Shown here piece after piece: positions 10,449-22,010 of a DNA stretch of 64,000 nt (position 1 is its first letter; every line of letters begins with the position of its first letter). The stretch is from Auanema rhodensis. Lineage: Eukaryota > Animalia > Nematoda. The notes below the pieces were generated by a model. It was not told where the DNA came from. It ran no database searches and saw only the letters and a program-made list of their open reading frames with translations. The translations under genes and the position numbers were made by a program. The stretch spans positions 11,346,001 to 11,410,000 of the forward strand of contig OZ059897.1 of NCBI GenBank assembly GCA_964057225.1, written 5' to 3'.

Positions 10449-11385
10449 ATCCTCCCTTTCTGGTGAGGTTTCCCGTGTAATTTTTTTCATGCGTACTGAT
10501 TATAAATTTAGGATGTTAGAAGCAAAATTTGTCTGAACGAAATCGTAACGCAAAATAAAATAGTCCTGATCGCAAAACAAACTTCATCCACGAAATATAA
10601 AGATATAACCGAAGTTATTCTTTCCTTGAAGCCAAAATTAATCCTTAAAAAGGAGAAGGCGTGGGAAATACAAAATAACAATTACTTTAGGTGAATTTGT
10701 TCACTAATTCAGCCTAAAGCCCTCATCAAGCTTCAAGGTTGGGTAACAGAGCATTTCAGATGTTATAAGCAAGGATACGAAATTTAAAGGTTCAGACGAA
10801 AAACTTTTTGTGAACAAACGGGAAAATAATAATCTCGAAACGTATAATCCTTCTTTAAAAAAAAAGGATTACTTGCCTCTGTTCCCATTTAACGTTGTTG
10901 GCCCCTCCGTATTGTGTTAAGACATAGAGTAGATGGTATGAGAAAAAGAGAGATGAAAGAGATTTGAAAATAAATTAACAACACAAACATTAGAGAGAAG
11001 GAAGAAAAAAAAATTGTGATAAGTTCGAGGTGGAACCTCCACGTTCCGTTATGCTCCCGCGTCGATCTTACAGACCAATGGAGTCTACAAGATGAGCGTG
11101 GTAGTATTCCAGATGTAGCGGTTAAACATGGAGCATAAGGATAAACATAAGACTCGAGAAAGATTGGTTTATTATATCTACGTGATTACAATAAGATACA
11201 TATAACTAAGTAAAGGTTAAACTAATAGAGAACAGAGAGAGAACGACCGACCATCCATGATCGTCCCTGAGGCAAAGCTGAAGTGTTGTAATATGGAAAA
11301 GGGCGGGTCGTCTTCTCTCAGTCTCGCATTCTCTGACTCTAACCCGCCTGCTACAGCTTCGTCATATGAATGTAATGCATTGATC
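10449..11385 (-). repeat. Truncated second copy of the element's internal 3' end (PPT, 3' UTR, last codons of integrase)
   Basis: Near-identical to 87-1024 (I saw two substitutions and one A-run indel). Confidence 0.93.
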
Positions 11386-12157
11386 ATTCGAATGGAACGA
11401 TTGAAAATTATTATAAACAGTTATTACCTTGGTATATGCACTGCTGATGAACTTTATCGCTAAGATTAGGCAATTTTGATGCAGGGATCTCATTGTTAAT
11501 GATTGTTTTAATGATATTTTAATCGTGTGAAAGATGTCTATGTATTTTTGGAAATGTGGAGGTAGATTTTATGTTCTTAATCGGAAGAGATTTCTGGCGT
11601 TTCCAACACTGAGAATCCTTTAAAAATATTCAATATACTTTTTAATCTTCAATTTGTTCATGTTTTGATATTTGTAATGGATTTTATAAATTTCAGAGAC
11701 ATCATGACTGCGAATTGTTAAGCTTTTGTGAGTAAGTTCAAAAGGGCTTGACAAGCTTCCGCATTGAAACAAATGACCCAAATTGAACAAGCAGTTGATC
11801 AAGCCTTGAACCACCTAATGCCACTGATAAAAGCTAAATTCCTGGTCACCTACCATCAATTTGATGAAATTTATTGCCAATTCAATGCAAATTTCTCTCG
11901 CTACATGGAAAAAAATTTCGAATACATTGAAATAGCCGCAGAGTTTTATTTCTCAAACTTCTTTGCTGATAACGCTGAATGCCCAGCCCTCGACATCAGA
12001 TGTGAAAGGAATGGATCAGAGGAAGGTGGAATCCTGGTAAGTTTTTGGTAAAATTTGATATAAAATATAATTGTACAATATTGTCTATAGGGCGGGCTCA
12101 TTTGTCAAGTATTGGGGAATGAAATTCTGATTGGAAAGTACTACGTTGAAGAACATA

Positions 12158-13568
12158 CAGTCCTGTGCGATGAAGGTTGCACACCCACTAGAATCCCCCC
12201 GTATCTTTTGAATCAAACTTCAGAAAATTCGAAAAAAAATATTTTGGGTGTTAAAAACCACTACAAAATCAATAAAAAAATTTTAAAAATTAATTAAACA
12301 AGTTTATTAATATTTAGTTGGATATCCAAAATTATCAATCACTGCTTGAAGTCTTCTGGGCATCGATTCCACGAGTTTCTTCAGCAGATCCGGTGATATC
12401 TCCCTCCAGAGTGTACGGAGGACTCTGAACTTCTCATACTTATCAGAACATGGGTATTTTGAAGATCTTCGTCCAAATTCTCTCCAAAGATGCTCGATGG
12501 GGTTGAGATCCGGAGACTGGCTGGGCCAATTTAGAACGTTCAGCCGGTTCTCTTCCATGAACTTCGTTGTCGATCGAGCCGTGTGCTTGGGATCGTTATC
12601 TTGCTGCAGGATAAATCGATTCCTCGTTCCGAACTTGTTGATGGCGAAAGGCATGAAGGCTTCTTGAAGAATGTGCTGGTAGTCTTCTGCACACATTCTG
12701 CCTTCTACGCGGAATAGTGGCCCAATTTCGGAGTAACAGAAACAACCCCAAACCATGACGTTTCCGCCACCATGCTTGACCGTAGGTCGCATGTATTTGG
12801 GGTTGTACCGCTGATTGGGTGGCCTTCTGACGAATTCAGGTCCGTCATTTCCAAATAAGCAAAATTTGCTTTCATCAGTGAAAATGACGGAAGACCAATC
12901 TTCAGTGGTCCAGTTCAGATGCTCTTGTGCAAACTGAACACGCTTGAGCCTGTTGTTGACCGAAATCAACGGCTTTCGCACAGGAACACGGGCCCGTAAG
13001 TTTCTGGCTAACAGCCTTCTTCTTACGTTGTAGGGATGAAGCATAATGTTAAACATACGTTGAAGATGTTGGCTCAACTGCATGGATGTGATGTCTGGAT
13101 GCTTCTGGACCAGCCTAACCAACAGATTGTCTGGATTGGTCGTGGTTTTTCTTTCTCGTCCTCTCATATCCACTTTGTATGGTTTCTGGGCATCTTTCCA
13201 TACTCTTTGAATGGTACTGGGAGGCATCGACAGCATTTCGCCTATTTTCCGAACGCTTGAGCCCTTCTCCTTCATATTGATTATGATGGATCTTACTTCA
13301 GGAGAAGTTTTCTTGCCTCTAGCCATCTTAAATTTATAAATTTTAGTTTTTTATTATGCAAAACAAGCAAAAATATGAATATTTTAAATATTAAACTTAA
13401 ATTATTTTTAAAAAATTCAGTTTACATCATTTTAACTTCAATTTTAATCGATATGTTGATACTTCAGCCTGAAACCCAAATTAATTTTTTCGAATTTTTT
13501 TTTGTAGTTTGAGGTGGTTTTCTGGGGCCTCTAACATCGGGGTGTGCAACCTTCATCGCACAGGACTG
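12158..13568 (-). mobile_element. Tc1-family DNA transposon (family A), 1411 bp
   Basis: 29-bp perfect TIRs CAGTCCTGTGCGATGAAGGTTGCACACCC; TA on both sides; empty site visible at 23613-23614. Confidence 0.97.
12307..13326 (-). CDS. Tc1 DD34E transposase, intact and intronless
   Basis: FTDESKF, QQDNDPKH and SPDLNPIEHLW, with 34 residues between D and E; N-terminal HTH region. Confidence 0.97.
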   Translation of the reverse strand: MARGKKTSPEVRSIIINMKEKGSSVRKIGEMLSMPPSTIQRVWKDAQKPYKVDMRGRERKTTTNPDNLLVRLVQKHPDITSMQLSQHLQRMFNIMLHPYNVRRRLLARNLRARVPVRKPLISVNNRLKRVQFAQEHLNWTTEDWSSVIFTDESKFCLFGNDGPEFVRRPPNQRYNPKYMRPTVKHGGGNVMVWGCFCYSEIGPLFRVEGRMCAEDYQHILQEAFMPFAINKFGTRNRFILQQDNDPKHTARSTTKFMEENRLNVLNWPSQSPDLNPIEHLWREFGRRSSKYPCSDKYEKFRVLRTLWREISPDLLKKLVESMPRRLQAVIDNFGYPTKY

Positions 13569-14971
13569 TATAGGTTTAGCAAATTGACAACAAGCAGATA
13601 TTCGTAAAATATTTGTTTATAAGTTGTTTGAGTTGATCGGAGTCGGACCTAAGGTTCATTTTATTCCACACAAACACTATAACACTACAAACACGGGAAA
13701 CTGAGCATTGCTGATCTTCAAGTATGATTGTAAGCATTTTATATTATGATCTTTGTATTTTAGATAAAGAGTTGTGTCGATCCTGAAATGGCACACAAAT
13801 ATTTGAACGGGTACAGAAGCTGGAAGACGAGCAAAGAGCTACGGATTCAAGTAGCAAAGAAGTGCATTAAATTGTGGAATCTACCCCATGATTTCAACGA
13901 AGCTAATGAAACGATCTCCAAACAAAAAGAGCTGTTCAAGAAGCATTCTATCATCTGTAAACCAAGTCGAAACTTTGAGAGATATTCTGTAGAAATTAAA
14001 AACGATCTTAATAGTCTGATAGAAAGTTTGAAATATAACAGGTTTCATTTTTTACACTGTATTTGTTACGAAAAATATGTGTGTTATAATGATTACAAAC
14101 ACTAAAGATGCCTAAGTAATATGAATTTGAATATAAATACAAAGCGTCTTTTACATTATACTTTGACCTGATAATGTAAACATAGTAGAGTATGAAATTA
14201 AAATGTTTTTGAGATTGAAAATTATTATAAACAGTTATAACATTGGTATATGCACTGCTGATGCACTTTATTGCTAAGAATAGGTAATTTTGATGCAGGG
14301 ATCTCATTGTTAATGATTTTTTTAATGATACTTTAATCGTGTGAAAGATGTCTATGTATTTTTGGAAATGTGGAGGAAGATTTTATGTTTTTAATCGGAA
14401 GAGATTTCTGGCGTTTCCAACACTGAGAATCCTTTGAAAATATTCAATATACTTTTTAATCTTCAATTTGTTCATATTTTGATATTTGTAATGGATTTTA
14501 TAAATTTCAGAGACATCATGACTGCGAATTGTTAAGCTTTTGTGAGTAAGTTCAAAAGGGCTTGACAAGCTTCCGCATTGAAACAAATGACCCAAATTGA
14601 ACAAGCAGTTGATCAAGCCTTGAACCACCTAATGCCACTGATGAAAGCTAAATTCCTGGTCACCTACCATCAATTTGATGAAATTTATTGCCAATTCAAT
14701 GCAAATTTCTCTCGCTACATGGAAAAAAATTTCGAATACATTGAAATAGCCGCAGAGTTTTATTTCTCAAACTTCTTTGCTGATAACGCTGAATGCCCAG
14801 CCCTCGACATCAGATGTGAAAGGAATGGATCAGAGGAAGGTGGAATCCTGGTAAGTTTTTGGTAAAATTTGATATAAAATATAATTGTACAATATTGTCT
14901 ATAGGGCGGGCTCATTTGTCAAGTATTGGGGAATGAAATTCTGATTGGAAAGTACTACGTTGAAGAACATA

Positions 14972-16382
14972 CAGTCCTGTGCGATGAAGGTTGCACACCC
15001 ACTAGAATCCCCCCGTATCTTTTGAATCAAACTTCAGAAAATTCGAAAAAAAATATTTTGGGTGTTAAAAACCACTACAAAATCAATAAAAAAATTTTAA
15101 AAATTAATTAAACAAGTTTATTAATATTTAGTTGGATATCCAAAATTATCAATCACTGCTTGAAGTCTTCTGGGCATCGATTCCACGAGTTTCTTCAGCA
15201 GATCCGGTGATATCTCCCTCCAGAGTGTACGGAGGACTCTGAACTTCTCATACTTATCAGAACATGGGTATTTTGAAGATCTTCGTCCAAATTCTCTCCA
15301 AAGATGCTCGATGGGGTTGAGATCCGGAGACTGGCTGGGCCAATTTAGAACGTTCAGCCGGTTCTCTTCCATGAACTTCGTTGTCGATCGAGCCGTGTGC
15401 TTGGGATCGTTATCTTGCTGCAGGATAAATCGATTCCTCGTTCCGAACTTGTTGATGGCGAAAGGCATGAAGGCTTCTTGAAGAATGTGCTGGTAGTCTT
15501 CTGCACACATTCTGCCTTCTACGCGGAATAGTGGCCCAATTTCGGAGTAACAGAAACAACCCCAAACCATGACGTTTCCGCCACCATGCTTGACCGTAGG
15601 TCGCATGTATTTGGGGTTGTACCGCTGATTGGGTGGCCTTCTGACGAATTCAGGTCCGTCATTTCCAAATAAGCAAAATTTGCTTTCATCAGTGAAAATG
15701 ACGGAAGACCAATCTTCAGTGGTCCAGTTCAGATGCTCTTGTGCAAACTGAACACGCTTGAGCCTGTTGTTGACCGAAATCAACGGCTTTCGCACAGGAA
15801 CACGGGCCCGTAAGTTTCTGGCTAACAGCCTTCTTCTTACGTTGTAGGGATGAAGCATAATGTTAAACATACGTTGAAGATGTTGGCTCAACTGCATGGA
15901 TGTGATGTCTGGATGCTTCTGGACCAGCCTAACCAACAGATTGTCTGGATTGGTCGTGGTTTTTCTTTCTCGTCCTCTCATATCCACTTTGTATGGTTTC
16001 TGGGCATCTTTCCATACTCTTTGAATGGTACTGGGAGGCATCGACAGCATTTCGCCTATTTTCCGAACGCTTGAGCCCTTCTCCTTCATATTGATTATGA
16101 TGGATCTTACTTCAGGAGAAGTTTTCTTGCCTCTAGCCATCTTAAATTTATAAATTTTAGTTTTTTATTATGCAAAACAAGCAAAAATATGAATATTTTA
16201 AATATTAAACTTAAATTATTTTTAAAAAATTCAGTTTACATCATTTTAACTTCAATTTTAATCGATATGTTGATACTTCAGCCTGAAACCCAAATTAATT
16301 TTTTCGAATTTTTTTTTGTAGTTTGAGGTGGTTTTCTGGGGCCTCTAACATCGGGGTGTGCAACCTTCATCGCACAGGACTG
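14972..16382 (-). mobile_element. Tc1 family A, copy 2
   Basis: Same TIRs and TA flanks. Confidence 0.97.
15121..16140 (-). CDS. Tc1 DD34E transposase
   Basis: 339 aa, identical to copy 1. Confidence 0.97.
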   Translation of the reverse strand: MARGKKTSPEVRSIIINMKEKGSSVRKIGEMLSMPPSTIQRVWKDAQKPYKVDMRGRERKTTTNPDNLLVRLVQKHPDITSMQLSQHLQRMFNIMLHPYNVRRRLLARNLRARVPVRKPLISVNNRLKRVQFAQEHLNWTTEDWSSVIFTDESKFCLFGNDGPEFVRRPPNQRYNPKYMRPTVKHGGGNVMVWGCFCYSEIGPLFRVEGRMCAEDYQHILQEAFMPFAINKFGTRNRFILQQDNDPKHTARSTTKFMEENRLNVLNWPSQSPDLNPIEHLWREFGRRSSKYPCSDKYEKFRVLRTLWREISPDLLKKLVESMPRRLQAVIDNFGYPTKY

Positions 16383-17785
16383 TATAGGTTTAGCAAATTG
16401 ACAACAAGCAGATATTCGTAAAATATTTGTTTATAAGTTGTTTGAGTTGATCGGAGTCGGACCTAAGGTTCATTTTATTCCACACAAACACTATAACACT
16501 ACAAACACGGGAAACTGAGCATTGCTGATCTTCAAGTATGATTGTAAGCATTTTATATTATGATCTTTGTATTTTAGATAAAGAGTTGTGTCGATCCTGA
16601 AATGGCACACAAATATTTGAACGGGTACAGAAGCTGGAAGACGAGCAAAGAGCTACGGATTCAAGTAGCAAAGAAGTGCATTAAATTGTGGAATCTACCC
16701 CATGATTTCAACGAAGCTAATGAAACGATCTCCAAACAAAAAGAGCTGTTCAAGAAGCATTCTATCATCTGTAAACCAAGTCGAAACTTTGAGAGATATT
16801 CTGTAGAAATTAAAAACGATCTTAATAGTCTGATAGAAAGTTTGAAATATAACAGGTTTCATTTTTTACACTGTATTTGTTACGAAAAATATGTGTGTTA
16901 TAATGATTACAAACACTAAAGATGCCTAAGTAATATGAATTTGAATATAAATACAAAGCGTCTTTTACATTATACTTTGACCTGATAATGTAAACATAGT
17001 AGAGTATGAAATTAAAATGTTTTTGAGATTGAAAATTATTATAAACAGTTATAACATTGGTATATGCACTGCTGATGCACTTTATTGCTAAGAATAGGTA
17101 ATTTTGATGCAGGGATCTCATTGTTAATGATTTTTTTAATGATACTTTAATCGTGTGAAAGATGTCTATGTATTTTTGGAAATGTGGAGGAAGATTTTAT
17201 GTTTTTAATCGGAAGAGATTTCTGGCGTTTCCAACACTGAGAATCCTTTGAAAATATTCAATATACTTTTTAATCTTCAATTTGTTCATATTTTGATATT
17301 TGTAATGGATTTTATAAATTTCAGAGACATCATGACTGCGAATTGTTAAGCTTTTGTGAGTAAGTTCAAAAGGGCTTGACAAGCTTCCGCATTGAAACAA
17401 ATGACCCAAATTGAACAAGCAGTTGATCAAGCCTTGAACCACCTAATGCCACTGATGAAAGCTAAATTCCTGGTCACCTACCATCAATTTGATGAAATTT
17501 ATTGCCAATTCAATGCAAATTTCTCTCGCTACATGGAAAAAAATTTCGAATACATTGAAATAGCCGCAGAGTTTTATTTCTCAAACTTCTTTGCTGATAA
17601 CGCTGAATGCCCAGCCCTCGACATCAGATGTGAAAGGAATGGATCAGAGGAAGGTGGAATCCTGGTAAGTTTTTGGTAAAATTTGATATAAAATATAATT
17701 GTACAATATTGTCTATAGGGCGGGCTCATTTGTCAAGTATTGGGGAATGAAATTCTGATTGGAAAGTACTACGTTGAAGAACATA

Positions 17786-19196
17786 CAGTCCTGTGCGATG
17801 AAGGTTGCACACCCACTAGAATCCCCCCGTATCTTTTGAATCAAACTTCAGAAAATTCGAAAAAAAATATTTTGGGTGTTAAAAACCACTACAAAATCAA
17901 TAAAAAAATTTTAAAAATTAATTAAACAAGTTTATTAATATTTAGTTGGATATCCAAAATTATCAATCACTGCTTGAAGTCTTCTGGGCATCGATTCCAC
18001 GAGTTTCTTCAGCAGATCCGGTGATATCTCCCTCCAGAGTGTACGGAGGACTCTGAACTTCTCATACTTATCAGAACATGGGTATTTTGAAGATCTTCGT
18101 CCAAATTCTCTCCAAAGATGCTCGATGGGGTTGAGATCCGGAGACTGGCTGGGCCAATTTAGAACGTTCAGCCGGTTCTCTTCCATGAACTTCGTTGTCG
18201 ATCGAGCCGTGTGCTTGGGATCGTTATCTTGCTGCAGGATAAATCGATTCCTCGTTCCGAACTTGTTGATGGCGAAAGGCATGAAGGCTTCTTGAAGAAT
18301 GTGCTGGTAGTCTTCTGCACACATTCTGCCTTCTACGCGGAATAGTGGCCCAATTTCGGAGTAACAGAAACAACCCCAAACCATGACGTTTCCGCCACCA
18401 TGCTTGACCGTAGGTCGCATGTATTTGGGGTTGTACCGCTGATTGGGTGGCCTTCTGACGAATTCAGGTCCGTCATTTCCAAATAAGCAAAATTTGCTTT
18501 CATCAGTGAAAATGACGGAAGACCAATCTTCAGTGGTCCAGTTCAGATGCTCTTGTGCAAACTGAACACGCTTGAGCCTGTTGTTGACCGAAATCAACGG
18601 CTTTCGCACAGGAACACGGGCCCGTAAGTTTCTGGCTAACAGCCTTCTTCTTACGTTGGAGGGATGAAGCATAATGTTAAACATACGTTGAAGATGTTGG
18701 CTCAACTGCATGGATGTGATGTCTGGATGCTTCTGGACCAGCCTAACCAACAGATTGTCTGGATTGGTCGTGGTTTTTCTTTCTCGTCCTCTCATATCCA
18801 CTTTGTATGGTTTCTGGGCATCTTTCCATACTCTTTGAATGGTACTGGGAGGCATCGACAGCATTTCGCCTATTTTCCGAACGCTTGAGCCCTTCTCCTT
18901 CATATTGATTATGATGGATCTTACTTCAGGAGAAGTTTTCTTGCCTCTAGCCATCTTAAATTTATAAATTTTAGTTTTTTATTATGCAAAACAAGCAAAA
19001 ATATGAATATTTTAAATATTAAACTTAAATTATTTTTAAAAAATTCAGTTTACATCATTTTAACTTCAATTTTAATCGATATGTTGATACTTCAGCCTGA
19101 AACCCAAATTAATTTTTTCGAATTTTTTTTTGTAGTTTGAGGTGGTTTTCTGGGGCCTCTAACATCGGGGTGTGCAACCTTCATCGCACAGGACTG
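17786..19196 (-). mobile_element. Tc1 family A, copy 3
   Basis: Same TIRs and TA flanks. Confidence 0.97.
17935..18954 (-). CDS. Tc1 DD34E transposase
   Basis: 339 aa; HPSNV variant. Confidence 0.97.
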   Translation of the reverse strand: MARGKKTSPEVRSIIINMKEKGSSVRKIGEMLSMPPSTIQRVWKDAQKPYKVDMRGRERKTTTNPDNLLVRLVQKHPDITSMQLSQHLQRMFNIMLHPSNVRRRLLARNLRARVPVRKPLISVNNRLKRVQFAQEHLNWTTEDWSSVIFTDESKFCLFGNDGPEFVRRPPNQRYNPKYMRPTVKHGGGNVMVWGCFCYSEIGPLFRVEGRMCAEDYQHILQEAFMPFAINKFGTRNRFILQQDNDPKHTARSTTKFMEENRLNVLNWPSQSPDLNPIEHLWREFGRRSSKYPCSDKYEKFRVLRTLWREISPDLLKKLVESMPRRLQAVIDNFGYPTKY

Positions 19197-20599
19197 TATA
19201 GGTTTAGCAAATTGACAACAAGCAGATATTCGTAAAATATTTGTTTATAAGTTGTTTGAGTTGATCGGAGTCGGACCTAAGGTTCATTTTATTCCACACA
19301 AACACTATAACACTACAAACACGGGAAACTGAGCATTGCTGATCTTCAAGTATGATTGTAAGCATTTTATATTATGATCTTTGTATTTTAGATAAAGAGT
19401 TGTGTCGATCCTGAAATGGCACACAAATATTTGAACGGGTACAGAAGCTGGAAGACGAGCAAAGAGCTACGGATTCAAGTAGCAAAGAAGTGCATTAAAT
19501 TGTGGAATCTACCCCATGATTTCAACGAAGCTAATGAAACGATCTCCAAACAAAAAGAGCTGTTCAAGAAGCATTCTATCATCTGTAAACCAAGTCGAAA
19601 CTTTGAGAGATATTCTGTAGAAATTAAAAACGATCTTAATAGTCTGATAGAAAGTTTGAAATATAACAGGTTTCATTTTTTACACTGTATTTGTTACGAA
19701 AAATATGTGTGTTATAATGATTACAAACACTAAAGATGCCTAAGTAATATGAATTTGAATATAAATACAAAGCGTCTTTTACATTATACTTTGACCTGAT
19801 AATGTAAACATAGTAGAGTATGAAATTAAAATGTTTTTGAGATTGAAAATTATTATAAACAGTTATAACATTGGTATATGCACTGCTGATGCACTTTATT
19901 GCTAAGAATAGGTAATTTTGATGCAGGGATCTCATTGTTAATGATTTTTTTAATGATACTTTAATCGTGTGAAAGATGTCTATGTATTTTTGGAAATGTG
20001 GAGGAAGATTTTATGTTTTTAATCGGAAGAGATTTCTGGCGTTTCCAACACTGAGAATCCTTTGAAAATATTCAATATACTTTTTAATCTTCAATTTGTT
20101 CATATTTTGATATTTGTAATGGATTTTATAAATTTCAGAGACATCATGACTGCGAATTGTTAAGCTTTTGTGAGTAAGTTCAAAAGGGCTTGACAAGCTT
20201 CCGCATTGAAACAAATGACCCAAATTGAACAAGCAGTTGATCAAGCCTTGAACCACCTAATGCCACTGATGAAAGCTAAATTCCTGGTCACCTACCATCA
20301 ATTTGATGAAATTTATTGCCAATTCAATGCAAATTTCTCTCGCTACATGGAAAAAAATTTCGAATACATTGAAATAGCCGCAGAGTTTTATTTCTCAAAC
20401 TTCTTTGCTGATAACGCTGAATGCCCAGCCCTCGACATCAGATGTGAAAGGAATGGATCAGAGGAAGGTGGAATCCTGGTAAGTTTTTGGTAAAATTTGA
20501 TATAAAATATAATTGTACAATATTGTCTATAGGGCGGGCTCATTTGTCAAGTATTGGGGAATGAAATTCTGATTGGAAAGTACTACGTTGAAGAACATA

Positions 20600-22010
20600 C
20601 AGTCCTGTGCGATGAAGGTTGCACACCCACTAGAATCCCCCCGTATCTTTTGAATCAAACTTCAGAAAATTCGAAAAAAAATATTTTGGGTGTTAAAAAC
20701 CACTACAAAATCAATAAAAAAATTTTAAAAATTAATTAAACAAGTTTATTAATATTTAGTTGGATATCCAAAATTATCAATCACTGCTTGAAGTCTTCTG
20801 GGCATCGATTCCACGAGTTTCTTCAGCAGATCCGGTGATATCTCCCTCCAGAGTGTACGGAGGACTCTGAACTTCTCATACTTATCAGAACATGGGTATT
20901 TTGAAGATCTTCGTCCAAATTCTCTCCAAAGATGCTCGATGGGGTTGAGATCCGGAGACTGGCTGGGCCAATTTAGAACGTTCAGCCGGTTCTCTTCCAT
21001 GAACTTCGTTGTCGATCGAGCCGTGTGCTTGGGATCGTTATCTTGCTGCAGGATAAATCGATTCCTCGTTCCGAACTTGTTGATGGCGAAAGGCATGAAG
21101 GCTTCTTGAAGAATGTGCTGGTAGTCTTCTGCACACATTCTGCCTTCTACGCGGAATAGTGGCCCAATTTCGGAGTAACAGAAACAACCCCAAACCATGA
21201 CGTTTCCGCCACCATGCTTGACCGTAGGTCGCATGTATTTGGGGTTGTACCGCTGATTGGGTGGCCTTCTGACGAATTCAGGTCCGTCATTTCCAAATAA
21301 GCAAAATTTGCTTTCATCAGTGAAAATGACGGAAGACCAATCTTCAGTGGTCCAGTTCAGATGCTCTTGTGCAAACTGAACACGCTTGAGCCTGTTGTTG
21401 ACCGAAATCAACGGCTTTCGCACAGGAACACGGGCCCGTAAGTTTCTGGCTAACAGCCTTCTTCTTACGTTGGAGGGATGAAGCATAATGTTAAACATAC
21501 GTTGAAGATGTTGGCTCAACTGCATGGATGTGATGTCTGGATGCTTCTGGACCAGCCTAACCAACAGATTGTCTGGATTGGTCGTGGTTTTTCTTTCTCG
21601 TCCTCTCATATCCACTTTGTATGGTTTCTGGGCATCTTTCCATACTCTTTGAATGGTACTGGGAGGCATCGACAGCATTTCGCCTATTTTCCGAACGCTT
21701 GAGCCCTTCTCCTTCATATTGATTATGATGGATCTTACTTCAGGAGAAGTTTTCTTGCCTCTAGCCATCTTAAATTTATAAATTTTAGTTTTTTATTATG
21801 CAAAACAAGCAAAAATATGAATATTTTAAATATTAAACTTAAATTATTTTTAAAAAATTCAGTTTACATCATTTTAACTTCAATTTTAATCGATATGTTG
21901 ATACTTCAGCCTGAAACCCAAATTAATTTTTTCGAATTTTTTTTTGTAGTTTGAGGTGGTTTTCTGGGGCCTCTAACATCGGGGTGTGCAACCTTCATCG
22001 CACAGGACTG
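20600..22010 (-). mobile_element. Tc1 family A, copy 4
   Basis: Same TIRs and TA flanks. Confidence 0.97.
20749..21768 (-). CDS. Tc1 DD34E transposase
   Basis: 339 aa; HPSNV variant. Confidence 0.97.
   Translation of the reverse strand: MARGKKTSPEVRSIIINMKEKGSSVRKIGEMLSMPPSTIQRVWKDAQKPYKVDMRGRERKTTTNPDNLLVRLVQKHPDITSMQLSQHLQRMFNIMLHPSNVRRRLLARNLRARVPVRKPLISVNNRLKRVQFAQEHLNWTTEDWSSVIFTDESKFCLFGNDGPEFVRRPPNQRYNPKYMRPTVKHGGGNVMVWGCFCYSEIGPLFRVEGRMCAEDYQHILQEAFMPFAINKFGTRNRFILQQDNDPKHTARSTTKFMEENRLNVLNWPSQSPDLNPIEHLWREFGRRSSKYPCSDKYEKFRVLRTLWREISPDLLKKLVESMPRRLQAVIDNFGYPTKY

Larger units (their letters stand above)
11704..14105 (+). pseudogene. Atypical kinase-like gene, copy 1 (Tc1-interrupted, catalytic exon deleted)
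   Basis: Same exons as copies 4 and 5; a 215-bp segment is replaced by a 14-bp filler at 13681-13694. Confidence 0.55.
14518..16919 (+). pseudogene. Atypical kinase-like gene, copy 2 (Tc1-interrupted, deleted)
   Basis: Repeat of copy 1 at +2814. Confidence 0.55.
17332..19733 (+). pseudogene. Atypical kinase-like gene, copy 3 (Tc1-interrupted, deleted)
   Basis: Repeat of copy 1 at +5628. Confidence 0.55.

Noticed and set aside
9812-11386. A single 1.57-kb LTR
   Set aside because: The repeat includes the integrase C-terminus and an internal PPT followed by TGTTA; a 637-bp TGTTA...TAACA LTR fits better.
12307-13326. Bacterial IS630 element
   Set aside because: DD34E spacing, Tc1-type motifs, CAGT-starting TIRs and intron-containing neighbours indicate eukaryotic Tc1.
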